From: a virus
Taxonomy: Duplodnaviria > Caudoviricetes
Virus record (IMG/VR): IMGVR_UViG_3300031555_003522
Location: 1 to 64,000 of that record
DNA: 64,000 bases
Strand: one strand, 5' to 3'
Shown one piece after another: positions 1-11,000 of this stretch. Each line of letters begins with the position of its first letter. The first letter of the stretch is position 1. A model generated the notes under the pieces. That model was not told the DNA's origin. It saw nothing but the letters and a program-made list of their open reading frames with translations, and did not search any database. A program made the position numbers and the translations under genes.

Positions 1-538
1 ATCCGAATCTGAATTTGAAGGATATCCTATATTAATTCCTAGAGCATATGCTCGAGAGGAAACAGATGTAAGAACTAGAAAGTTCGAAGATATTAAAGAG
101 ATCGATCATTACGAACTCTATATCACGAAACAGATTGGATCTGTACAAACAAGAAGAGACTCATTCTTGTATGTAAAATTACCTAAATCAGGAAATTATA
201 TTCCAATAATTCTCCACGTTGATGGAGGCGTAAGCTTCCAACCAATCACCAAAAAATTCGCCTTGAGAGAATTCGATGAGCTCGATAGACGAATCATTTT
301 AGGTTACTGTAGAAAATTCCATTCTACTTTAGTATGGGCTTGTCATGATGATAAGCACAGAAATAGATCTTGGTTACAGTGGGAGGCTGCCTATTATAGA
401 GCTTCCGATCAGCCCAAGAGATTTAAACTAGGTTCTGAAGGAAAAGACTTCTCCAGATTCTATAAGAACCTAAAACCTTATGAGGAATCATTTAATATAG
501 GATTCCATAATTATTTCGAAAATATAACGTTTGTATAA
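1..538 (+). CDS. hypothetical protein, 5'-truncated by window edge
   Basis: The frame of ORF 167..538 is open back to base 2; a terminator hairpin follows. Confidence 0.6.
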   Translation, partial: SESEFEGYPILIPRAYAREETDVRTRKFEDIKEIDHYELYITKQIGSVQTRRDSFLYVKLPKSGNYIPIILHVDGGVSFQPITKKFALREFDELDRRIILGYCRKFHSTLVWACHDDKHRNRSWLQWEAAYYRASDQPKRFKLGSEGKDFSRFYKNLKPYEESFNIGFHNYFENITFV

Positions 539-572
539 ATCAAACATAAATAAAATTAATATATAAAAGGAG

Positions 573-603
573 TGGGTAGGATGGAAACCATCCTACCCAT
601 TTC
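573..603 (+). terminator. intrinsic terminator
   Basis: TGGGTAGGATGG-AAA-CCATCCTACCCA hairpin followed by TTT. Confidence 0.75.
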
Positions 604-632
604 TGCTGATACTTATATTTTTCTTATAGATG

Positions 633-644
633 AACAAATAAATA
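633..644 (+). promoter_or_regulatory. late (non-virion RNAP type) promoter AACA-N6-TA
   Basis: AACA-AATAAA-TA upstream of AAGGAGG RBS; the same spacing recurs before most virion genes and matches the AR9 late consensus. Confidence 0.65.
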
Positions 645-666
645 AATAATAAGGAGGCATTGTCCT

Positions 667-3600
667 ATGAATTATTTTAATGAAAATGCATTAACTCAAG
701 AAATAGATTCTAAATTAAAGAAAAGGGGTATCAAAGCCACAACCGACAGTATAAAAGAACTTGATGGTCGTGGTGCTATAATCGATACCAAGCAGTATCA
801 AAAATTAGAAGATTCTTCTTTTATGAAATTATTAGCTTTAACTTGTAAAGAGGTTAGTAATTATTCCAAGAGAATCATCTATATACCTGTATCTAAATGG
901 TATAGAAAGGGTACTAATAGACTGATAGAGTCTAAGACACCATTAGGCACTATCTGCCGTTATATTAAATCTAATCCGGATGAATTTAAAAGGCAGTTCT
1001 CTAATATCGTATTTATTTTTTATAATGATAATAGAGAATCGTTTAGTTTATATGCAGATGATTATAAATCTTCTGAATTCAGAACTGTCGAATTCTTATT
1101 AAATACATTAGTTCAGCATTCTATTCCTCATTTTACTAATGTTTCTGGATTGAAGTCTCCTGTTAAGGATGTAGTATCTGATACATTTGAAAGTAAGAAA
1201 TCTGAAAGAGATGATAAGAAACAGGAACTGGTAGCAGCGATAGCTAATGCTGCAGAGGATGCGGAGAATGAGGATGAAGCATGGTCTGCTATAGAAGAAG
1301 ATGAATATATTAAACAGATTATTCTCGATCTCGAAGAAGAGGATGATGGTAAACCTCAGTTTAATAATGCACGTACTAGTCGTATAGCCAAACTTAATGA
1401 TGAATTCCTTGATAAAAAGCTTGGCGATACTAAAATAAGCGATATTGTATATAAAACTAGTGAAATTCCTATCCCCTCAAAGCACCTCAATATATCTTCT
1501 ATAAATGAAGAATGGGATGACATAAAGTTTATTAACTTTAATGCTGCTTATGATGCAAATAATGATATAATTAAAATTATCCATTCATTTGCTAATAAGT
1601 CATATCCTATCTCTGTTGTAGATATTAATATTGAGGATACATCTAATAATATGGATTATCTCTATACTTATACTGTAGTAACTGAAGATGGATATGGAAA
1701 GAGATCTACATTGGTATTCGATATACCTAAATTAATAAATCATAGATTTATGAGATTAAGAGGTAATGAGAAAGTTGTTTCTGGTCAGCTACTATTATTG
1801 CCTTGTCTTAAAACTGATGAGGACACTGTACAGTGTGTCAGTAACTATAACAAGATATTTATCAGACGTAAAGGATTAGAGGGAAGATCTTATCCAACTT
1901 CTGATAGATTGATTAAGGCTTTACGTAAGTATAATGGTTCTGATATAAAGATAGTGTTTGGCGATAATGGTGCTATCTGTTCTAAGCATGAGCTTCCTAC
2001 AGACTATATAGATGTGGCGAAGAATGTAATGAGAATAGAAACCGAAGAAGCAATATACTATTTTGATCAGGATATATATTACACTAAATTTGATGCAGAT
2101 AAGAAAAACGGTATTCCATATGCTATAAATAAAATTGATAGCTCTGTGAGATATTATAAAGATCAATCTGCTATGTTAAGCTATGTGATCGCTGATGAAA
2201 TATCCTCAATGTCGATAAAATTTGATGATTTATTTAAAGCTCAAAAATCCGCTACTAGATTAAATTATTCTGAAGCTAGCGTTATGGCTAATAGAATACC
2301 TCTGGTTGTTGTTATTGGGTATTCTCTTGGTATGGATGGAGTTATGAAACTTTGTGGCATTTCTGGAGAATATAGAAGTGATGATAAAAAGAGCTTCAAT
2401 CCTGATACCGAGGCTATTATAAGATTCTCAGATGGCTATATCAGATATCCAGTAAATTATGCTACATCTATGCTCTTAAATGGTCTTTCAGTTTGTCCTA
2501 CTGAGACATATTCTCTTGAAGATCTTAATAAGAGATCTATGTGGTTAGATTTCTTGGATGAATTTGGTGGTAGAATTCTATCTGACGGTCTTGATAACTT
2601 CGCAGATCTATTTATAGATCCGATTACTGCAGAAGTCTGTAGAGATTGTAGAATTCCTTCCAATTATTTCGATATGCTTATGTATGCTAATAATCTTTTA
2701 GCAGATAACAAGTATAATCGTCATACAGATATTTCCGGTAATAGATATAGAACAAGTGAAATTATTGCTGGTTATTTCTATAAGGCTATTACTAAAGCAT
2801 ATGCTGATTATAAATCTCAGGTTAAGCATGGAAGAAAAGTTGGTATTAGTATGAAGCGTAGTGCTGTTATTGATGGTATTATGTCTGATCCTATGTCTTC
2901 TGATCTTTCTATTCTTAATCCTTTGCTTGAGATAGAAGCAAATAACTCGGTTTCCTTTAAAGGTCTCTCTGGCATGAACTCTGATAGATCTTATAGTCTT
3001 GATAAGCGTACATATGATGATTCTATGATTAATAAGCTTGCTATGTCTACAGGTTTTGCTGCTAATGTTGGTATCAATAGACAGACTACTATTGATATGG
3101 ATGTTGCTGGCATACGTGGATATATAAAGCAGACCAATCCTGACGATATGTCCGTCTCTAAGACTCTGAGTATGAGTGAAGCAGTAACACCATTCGGAAC
3201 AAGCCATGACGATCCCTTCAGGTCCGCAATGACATTTATTCAGACATCCAAGCACTCTATGCGTACAGCTAAATCTATGCCTCTGTTAATTACTAATGGT
3301 GCAGATGAGGCTATGCCATATATATCTTCTGATACGTTTGCATTTAAGGCAAAAGAAAATGGAGAAGTATTGGAAGTTACTAAAGATTTTATGGTCATTC
3401 ATTATGATAATTCTGTATATACAGCAGCTATTGGTGGTAGTACAGGAATTACAAATGAATTAATAGATCTTAGAGAACAGGTTAAAAAGAATTCTGATGG
3501 CGGCTTCTATATTACTCTTAAGCTAGATACAGATCTTAAAGCTGGAGATAGGTTTAAGAAAGATGATATAGTAGCATATGATAAAACATCGTATTCTAAT

Positions 3601-4446
3601 TCTGTTGGCGAAAGTGATAATCTTGCTTATAACTTAGGTGTTTTAGCTAAGGTTGCAATATTGAATACTGATGAAGGATTTGAAGATTCCACATCAGTTT
3701 CTAGTTGGCTTTCTTCTGCTATGGCTACCGACGTTGTAGTTCAGAAAGACGTCACTATTTCAAAGAATGCTAATGTATATTCTTTAGTAAAAGTAGGTCA
3801 GTATATACAAGAAGGTGATCCTTTAATCATATTCCAGAATGCATTTGATGAGAAGGATGCTAACCTTCTTTTGAAGAATATTACTGATCCTGAATTTGTC
3901 TCTGATCTTGGACGCATTAGGCTCAAGAGTAAATATACCGGAACTATTCAGGATATCAAGATCTATAGAACTTGTGAGATTGAAGATATGTCTGAAAGTC
4001 TGAGTAAGATTGTAGTAGAATATGAGAAAGATATTAAGAGGCGAAAAGCATTGTATAAGAAATACAATGCCGATGGAGCAAATATACTCGATCCTGACTA
4101 CAAAATGGATACCACTGGTATTATGAAAAATACTATAGATGGTGTTATGATTGTATTCTATATCAAGTATAATGATATGCTTTCTGTTGGAGATAAGTGC
4201 GTCGCCCAATCAGCCAATAAAGGTGTTGTTAAAAATATTTTCCCTGAAGGAAAAGAGCCTTTCTCTGAATATCATCCTGATGAGAACATTCATGCTTTGT
4301 TTGCAGCTCGTTCTTTCAATGCTCGAATGGTCACATCTGTTTGGGTATCTGGAGCTATAAATAAAGCTATGATAGAACTCGATAGACAGGTAAAGGATAT
4401 TATGGGTATTGAGCCAAAATATTTGGAGGATATGTACAATGAGTAA
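667..4446 (+). CDS. rpoB: phage multisubunit RNA polymerase beta-like subunit (probably virion RNAP)
   Basis: 1259 aa; beta-type motifs GFEDS, EGDPL, GDKxxxxxxNKGVV, SFNARM; acidic N-terminal extension; late promoter. Confidence 0.85.
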   Translation: MNYFNENALTQEIDSKLKKRGIKATTDSIKELDGRGAIIDTKQYQKLEDSSFMKLLALTCKEVSNYSKRIIYIPVSKWYRKGTNRLIESKTPLGTICRYIKSNPDEFKRQFSNIVFIFYNDNRESFSLYADDYKSSEFRTVEFLLNTLVQHSIPHFTNVSGLKSPVKDVVSDTFESKKSERDDKKQELVAAIANAAEDAENEDEAWSAIEEDEYIKQIILDLEEEDDGKPQFNNARTSRIAKLNDEFLDKKLGDTKISDIVYKTSEIPIPSKHLNISSINEEWDDIKFINFNAAYDANNDIIKIIHSFANKSYPISVVDINIEDTSNNMDYLYTYTVVTEDGYGKRSTLVFDIPKLINHRFMRLRGNEKVVSGQLLLLPCLKTDEDTVQCVSNYNKIFIRRKGLEGRSYPTSDRLIKALRKYNGSDIKIVFGDNGAICSKHELPTDYIDVAKNVMRIETEEAIYYFDQDIYYTKFDADKKNGIPYAINKIDSSVRYYKDQSAMLSYVIADEISSMSIKFDDLFKAQKSATRLNYSEASVMANRIPLVVVIGYSLGMDGVMKLCGISGEYRSDDKKSFNPDTEAIIRFSDGYIRYPVNYATSMLLNGLSVCPTETYSLEDLNKRSMWLDFLDEFGGRILSDGLDNFADLFIDPITAEVCRDCRIPSNYFDMLMYANNLLADNKYNRHTDISGNRYRTSEIIAGYFYKAITKAYADYKSQVKHGRKVGISMKRSAVIDGIMSDPMSSDLSILNPLLEIEANNSVSFKGLSGMNSDRSYSLDKRTYDDSMINKLAMSTGFAANVGINRQTTIDMDVAGIRGYIKQTNPDDMSVSKTLSMSEAVTPFGTSHDDPFRSAMTFIQTSKHSMRTAKSMPLLITNGADEAMPYISSDTFAFKAKENGEVLEVTKDFMVIHYDNSVYTAAIGGSTGITNELIDLREQVKKNSDGGFYITLKLDTDLKAGDRFKKDDIVAYDKTSYSNSVGESDNLAYNLGVLAKVAILNTDEGFEDSTSVSSWLSSAMATDVVVQKDVTISKNANVYSLVKVGQYIQEGDPLIIFQNAFDEKDANLLLKNITDPEFVSDLGRIRLKSKYTGTIQDIKIYRTCEIEDMSESLSKIVVEYEKDIKRRKALYKKYNADGANILDPDYKMDTTGIMKNTIDGVMIVFYIKYNDMLSVGDKCVAQSANKGVVKNIFPEGKEPFSEYHPDENIHALFAARSFNARMVTSVWVSGAINKAMIELDRQVKDIMGIEPKYLEDMYNE

Positions 4447-4552
4447 AAGAAGAAAGAAAATAAAAATGGATAAGCATACAATCTCTAGAGCTGTATTGGT
4501 ATTATTTGTCCTAATTCCTATAATTGTGTCTATATTGCTATTAATTAAATAA
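4439..4552 (+). CDS. 37-aa single-pass membrane peptide (not in ORF track)
   Basis: GGAGG at 4425-4429, ATG 4439; MSKRRKKIKMDKHTISRAVLVLFVLIPIIVSILLLIK; overlaps the upstream stop and is followed by a hairpin. Confidence 0.5.
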   Translation: MSKRRKKIKMDKHTISRAVLVLFVLIPIIVSILLLIK

Positions 4553-4556
4553 ATTA

Positions 4557-4596
4557 TTAATCGAGTATGGTTTATTTACCATACTCGATTAATTTT
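4557..4596 (+). terminator. intrinsic terminator
   Basis: TTAATCGAGTATGGT / ACCATACTCGATTAA inverted repeat followed by TTTT. Confidence 0.7.
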
Positions 4597-4627
4597 AAAA
4601 CATATTAATAAATATTTTTCTAAGGAG

Positions 4628-4975
4628 ATGCATAAGATGAATGCTTACTTTAATTTATTCATTTTAATCGTAACTTACATTCTTGCAGAAATAGCTAAGA
4701 AAATCATGGTTAAGATTAAAGCAGAAGGTTATAGAGACCTTATTCCTCATATATGCCTTCTCATCGGCGGATTGCTTGCAATTTTATTGTTCTATGTATA
4801 TCCTGCTGGTCTTTCTGAAACAATTACAGACCCTCTACAGGCATTTATATGTGGTGCTCTTTCTGGTGCTGCAGCCACTGGTTCTAATCAGCTCTTTGCT
4901 AGAACTATTAAATTTAAGAATACTGTTACTGGTGGATTCCAGTATGGAGATTATTCCGATTCTGAGAATGAATGA
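4628..4975 (+). CDS. phage holin-like membrane protein
   Basis: Three hydrophobic segments; GALSGAAATGSNQ motif typical of Firmicutes phage holins; late promoter 4599-4610. Confidence 0.65.
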   Translation: MHKMNAYFNLFILIVTYILAEIAKKIMVKIKAEGYRDLIPHICLLIGGLLAILLFYVYPAGLSETITDPLQAFICGALSGAAATGSNQLFARTIKFKNTVTGGFQYGDYSDSENE

Positions 4976-5081
4976 TTCTAATTTAACCACGGTAGGAGAG
5001 TATAGCTCCTACCGTGGCTTCTTTGACTAGCAGAACATACTAATAAAATTCTTTATCTCTTTGTATGAGGAGGATAATTTT

Positions 5082-8000
5082 ATGCCTACTAATACAAGAC
5101 GACCGCCTGTCACTAAGACAAGCGTCGCCAGATATGTAAAAAATGTTGGTAAGTCTCTTGCATTGGCATCTGTAGATGTAATTTCTGACAATGCTCCTGC
5201 TATGAAGATTTTCCTTCAAGAAAGCGATGAATATATCAAGAAGGGATTCGCATATATAAAGAATCCCAGAGCCGCTACAGATAGGGCCGAGAGACAGACT
5301 TTGGTAAGTAAAGTCTATCAAGCTGTTGGTAGTGGATTAAATAAATTTAAAAATGATGTTTTAACTGGAGACATGTATAATGATTCCAAAGCTCAGGCTC
5401 ATATGCTAGATGAGTTTAATAAAGAGATGGGATTCGATGACATGTCAGAGTCTGATGACTTTAATTGGAATGATGGAGATAGATCAGCATCTGGAACTTC
5501 TGCTGTATCCGATAGCTATAGTGTAGCTATCGGGGCAGCTGCACAAACTCATGCTACTGCAGTTGCTCAGGGTACAGAATTAGTAATTGGTGCTAATAAA
5601 GCTTCTACTAAATTGCTTGTTGCTAATATGGATAAATTGGGAGTAAATATTAGTGCTGGCTTAGCATCTGTCTATTCTAATATTAGTATAACTAATAAAA
5701 GCATTCAGACTCATGTTGAAAATTCTAATAAATTCTATGAAGCAACCAATGATCTTTTTAGAGAACAGGTTGCTTTAATGAGAGAATTAGTAGACATGCA
5801 AAGATCTCTATATGCTCCAAATAAATATAATAGATATGGCAATAGAGGCACTGCATTGTCTTCGTCTATGGATGGCTATGGTAATATAAAATTAGATGGT
5901 TATCTGAAGAATATTAAAAAGAATATTGAAAATAATCTTGGGCTTATGGGTCTATTCGACAATGATGCTGGTAGTCCGATAAATATGTTGTTGACCGCCA
6001 TCATGGATCCTACCAAGATGATTACAAAAGCATTTATGAATAAAATGCTTCCTAAAGCATTCAAGAGTAATATTGCTTCTATGGATAAAGCCTTAGCTTC
6101 TATGTTTTCTCAGCTAATTGCTGCATTAAATAGAAAGAAGTTTGAAGGAAATACTCTTGGTTCTATAGCATCCATATTCGGTATTAATCTCGATAATAAG
6201 ACTACTATAAATCCGAAAGAATATTTTAAAAACGCCATACCTTTTGATGGTATAACCAAGCAAGCAATTATAGAGACAATACCTGGTTATCTGTCTAGAA
6301 TTGAAGCTGCATTAACTGGTATGAATGAAAGATATTATGATTATGAGGAAGGTCGTTGGACTAAGTTTGACGCTATACTTGATAGATTCGAACATGAGAA
6401 AAAAACCAATATAGCTAGTGCAAACAGAGGTATCAGAGATGATCTTTCTAATACTATGCGTGATTTAAGATCCAAGGATCCTAGAAATGCAGAATCTATA
6501 CAAAAGTCTATAGATTATATGATGAATAAGATCTATAGTGATAATGGATATTTTAGAATAGATAAGGTTGGTAGTGAACCGGCATGGAGCTATTATGGAT
6601 TCAAGAGTAAAAAGATATTTGATGAAGTAATAGTAAAAAATCTATCCAAATCTACTATTCGTGATCTGGCCAGAAAGAATATGATGGCTAAGGAAGATTT
6701 CTCCAGAAGGATGAGGGGAAAAGAAGGGGCTCATGCAATCGAGCGTCAGATCTTCAATAATTCTCAAGACTATGATTTCACATCTAGCAAATCTAGATCT
6801 ATGATTAAAGGTACTGGATTACTATCTCTCAGCTATGATGAAGAAGGCAAAAATGTTTTCTATTACTTGAGAGAAATCTTGGGTAGAATGGGAAATAGAC
6901 CTAAGAATAAAAATAATAATTCTAGAACTAGACATAGTAGAAATCGCTCTAAGCGTCAGTCTACTACAACAAATACAACTTCTTCTGATAGTTCTGATTC
7001 TGACGGTGATGGGGATGGTGACCCTGAGTCGGAAGGATATATAGATGATTCTATATGGGAAGAATTGGACAAAAAGCGTGCAAAAGAACTTGAAGAATCC
7101 AATAAAGTAAAAGAGTTCTTCGATAAATTATCTGGTGTATTTGATAAATCTCCAGTAGGAAGAATGTTTACTACTATTGGTAAAGGTCTTGCTGATGTAT
7201 TTTCTTCTCCCATAAATTATATGACCAAGATGCTTGAAAAAGCAGATGAGAGCTTATTCAAAGTATTCTTTGGAGAAAATGAAGAATTTGTCGATGAGCA
7301 TGGTAAAAAGATCGGTGTATGGCAAAAGATGCTAAATGAAATGAAAAGCTCTTTTAATAATATTACTGAAAAAATAGCCAAAGCTCTTAAGTTTGATAAA
7401 TTCGAAGAGTTCCTTAAATCTAAAGTTGAACCATACGTAAAGCCCGTATGGAATGAAATCAAATCTACTGCAGGAAGAGGTTTTAATAGAGCTAAAACAG
7501 CAGTAGGTAATACATTTGGTAAGGCGTTCAAATCTGCATCTGCTAAATTTACCAATATTGCTAATAAAGTTTCAAATGGTGGAGTAGTAACTGCAGATGA
7601 AGTGGAAAATATAGATAATCGCGAAATGGTACAGGATAACGATGAGTTCTACGACAATATTGTTGAAAGTGCTTATGGTAGAGTTGTTACCAAACGTGGT
7701 TTAACTATGATCTCTCCTGGTGAAGTAATTATTCCTGCAACTTCTGATCGTAAGAAGCAGAATAAGATGCTTGCAGGTGAGAGAAAAGATAGAAGTAGAA
7801 TAGTAAGAGCTTTCAAGTCTATGAGTGGTAAAATTGGTTTAAATGCCAAGGGTACAGTAGATTTGAATAAGCTTAAAGATTCTCTATACAAGATTTATAA
7901 CGAGAATAAGGCTGGAGCATCTAAAGTTGCAGCTGGTGGTGTATTGGGTCTTGGTGCTGGTTTATTAACTGGTATTAATCCTTTACTTGGAGCTGTTGCT

Positions 8001-11000
8001 GGTGCTGGTATTTCTATTCTCGATAATAGTCAGACACTTCAGAGAATTGTTTTTGGTGAAGATACTGAAGATGGACATATTGGAGGTATTATTCCTAAGA
8101 AAATTCAGGATTATTTCAAGAAAGCTGGAGGCGATGCTATTGATTTTGGTGTTGCTGGTGGTATTCTTGGATTAGTGACTGGCATGGGTCCTTTGGCCGG
8201 TGCTGCTGTCGGTGCTGGTGTTGGATTACTGAAAAATAGTGAGACTGTTAATAATTTCCTCTTCGGAGAAGATGGAGTTATTGGCCCCGAAAATAAGGAA
8301 AAGATTTCTAAGTTTATTAAGAAGTCTGCCCCTAATGCATTAGTGGGTGCTGGTATTGGTATCTTGACTGGACCTTTTGGACTGCTTGGAAATGCAGCTC
8401 TTGGTGCAGGTCTTGGTATGATTACATCTACTAATACCTTCCATGAATTAATGTTTGGCAAGGAAGATGATCCTGATGATAATGGTATCTTTGGTGCTTT
8501 TAAAGAAGGCATGCTCAATCCTGCTATCAAGAAGGTTCATGAAATCATTGATGACTTTAAAGAATACGCAAAGAAAAATATCTTTGATAATCTGAAGAAG
8601 TTCTTAGATCCGTTTAGTCAGATGATTAAGAATGGCATCAATAATATCACTAATGGAGTCAAAGATCATTTAGCAGATATGTTTGAAAGATCTATCGGTA
8701 TTCCTGCGGCTGATTTTATGAGAGAAAGAGTTTTTAAACCTCTGACTAAAGTTATAGGTGGTATAGTAAAAGTACCCCTTAACGTTGGTAAAGCTGCTTT
8801 TGCACTTCCTTTCAAAGCCATAGGTAATCTTGGTACTCATATTAAGACACGTCAGATACAGAAGGGAACTGCGTATAATATGACTGCTGAAGAGAGATTA
8901 CAGTGGAGAAAGGATAATAATATTAAACTGCCTTTTGGTAGAGATAAGATGAGAGAGCAAGATGAGATCATTGCAGGTATGGATATAGAAGATCTTCAGA
9001 ATCTTGCTTCTCTCACAGGAAACCAGCTTAATTCTAGAAAAGAATTAGGTGAAAATTTAGGTGAGGCAAGACAAGCTAGTAGTAAAACTATTTCCTCCTA
9101 TTTCAATAAGAATACTGGTAAAGATGGTAGATCTCTATATGAAATAGTAGGAGTTAATAAAATTACAAAGCTTACTAAACTTGCGGCTAATGGCGATGCT
9201 GCAGCTTTTGATGCTGCTCTTAGAAAGTTAGTAGATAAAGGTGAATTATCTACTGACCAAATGAATGAACTCAATAAACTTATTGCTTCTAGAATTACCA
9301 CTGTCAAAACTTCTATGGATGCAATTTCTAGTTTTGATATGGATAAAGATGAGAAGAATAAGATACTGTCTGATCTTCTTGGTGGACGTAAAATATCTGG
9401 AAGAAAAGACATAAGACAAATTATGATGACTGCGGAAGCCGAGTTGGCTAACCGCATTAAGAAAAAAGGTGAGAGTTACGATCCTGATGAAGAGGCTGAG
9501 AAAAAGGAAGAATTAGCTCTTCAGAAAATTGAAGATGATCGTAATTTAACTAAAATTTATAGAGAAAATATGGAGAATAAGTCTGACGCTGCCCTCCAAC
9601 ATTTGTCTCTAATTAGCCAGGGTGTTCAGCTTATAGCAAATCCCGGTTCTACTCCTGTTATCGTAGATAATCCTATATCTTTTAAAACCAAAGCATCTGG
9701 TGCTATCGAACTTCCTGGAAATACTAGTAGTTCTGGTGTAGAAGGTAAAGTATTGGCCCTTCCTAGTGGTAAGGGTGATGATGACAGCATTGAAGCTAAA
9801 AACGCTGAAACAAAAGATCAGCAAGATGATGAAGCAAGAGATAAAACTGCCGATTCCACAGAAAAGACTGCTTCTCTTATGTCTAGATTAGTCGGTTTCT
9901 TCATGGGAGATAAGGCTGAGAAGAAGAAAAAGAAAAATAAAGATGGATTCTTCTCCACTGCTCTTGGTGGAATTTATGAATTCCTTGGAGCTAAGGGAAG
10001 TACTATTGCTAAAATAGGACTGGGTGCAGTAGGCCTTGGAGCTGGTTTCTCGCTGCTTGGTGTTGCTACTGACTGGTTTAAGAACAAGGTTTGGCCTACC
10101 CTCAAGACTGCTATGTTTGGAAAAACAAATGATGATGGTAAATATTCAGGTGGTCTTTTAAGTGGTCTGGCTAATAAATTTAATGATATTATCCACGGTG
10201 ACGGAACTCCTCAGAATCCCGGATTGGTTGCCAAATTAATTAATGGCGGTAAGTCTTTGCTATTTGGTGATAATGGGAGCTGGGATAATCCAACCGGTGG
10301 CTTATTAGGTTGGCTTAAGAGTGGTAAACTTTATGAGTTTATTGGATCTAAGGTTGTACCTAATCTTATAGGCGGTTTTGGATTGGCTATGAATCACATA
10401 GTTACTCCTCTTGTTGCACTACTTATTAAGAATTTCCCGAGTATGGTCGGCTCTCTAGGTAAAGCGCTTCTTAATGGTATAAAAGCGGCTGTATTTCCTA
10501 GTGCAAAAATTTCTAGAGACGGATATACTGTAACTTCTGATAATTCTGAATTTAAGAAGTTGGAAGATAGTACAGCTGCTGCAATAAAAACAAATGTTGG
10601 ATTAGATAGTAATATAAGTAAAATATATAGCTCTAATACAGCAAGTAGTGTTTATGGAGCAGCCTCTAGCTCTATAGATATAAATAGTTTAACAGATTCT
10701 AATTTCATTGCTGCAGAAGATACCTATGATAAAGATGGAAATCATCTTAACAAAACTTCTACAGATCTGATGTATAAGAATGCTGGCGGATTATCTGGAC
10801 TGCTTGGAGCTAAAGAAAGTACCAACACCGTGGTCTATGACGAGAATGGAAATATTGCTCTTAGATCTTATGACCGCATGAATACAGTTGATTCTGCTGG
10901 AAGTAAGATATTGGATGCAACTGGTAGATCTTTCACATATGGATTGCTTGGTAGAAATAAAAATAAATTGCTTAACAAGATGGCAAATGTTTCTACTAAG

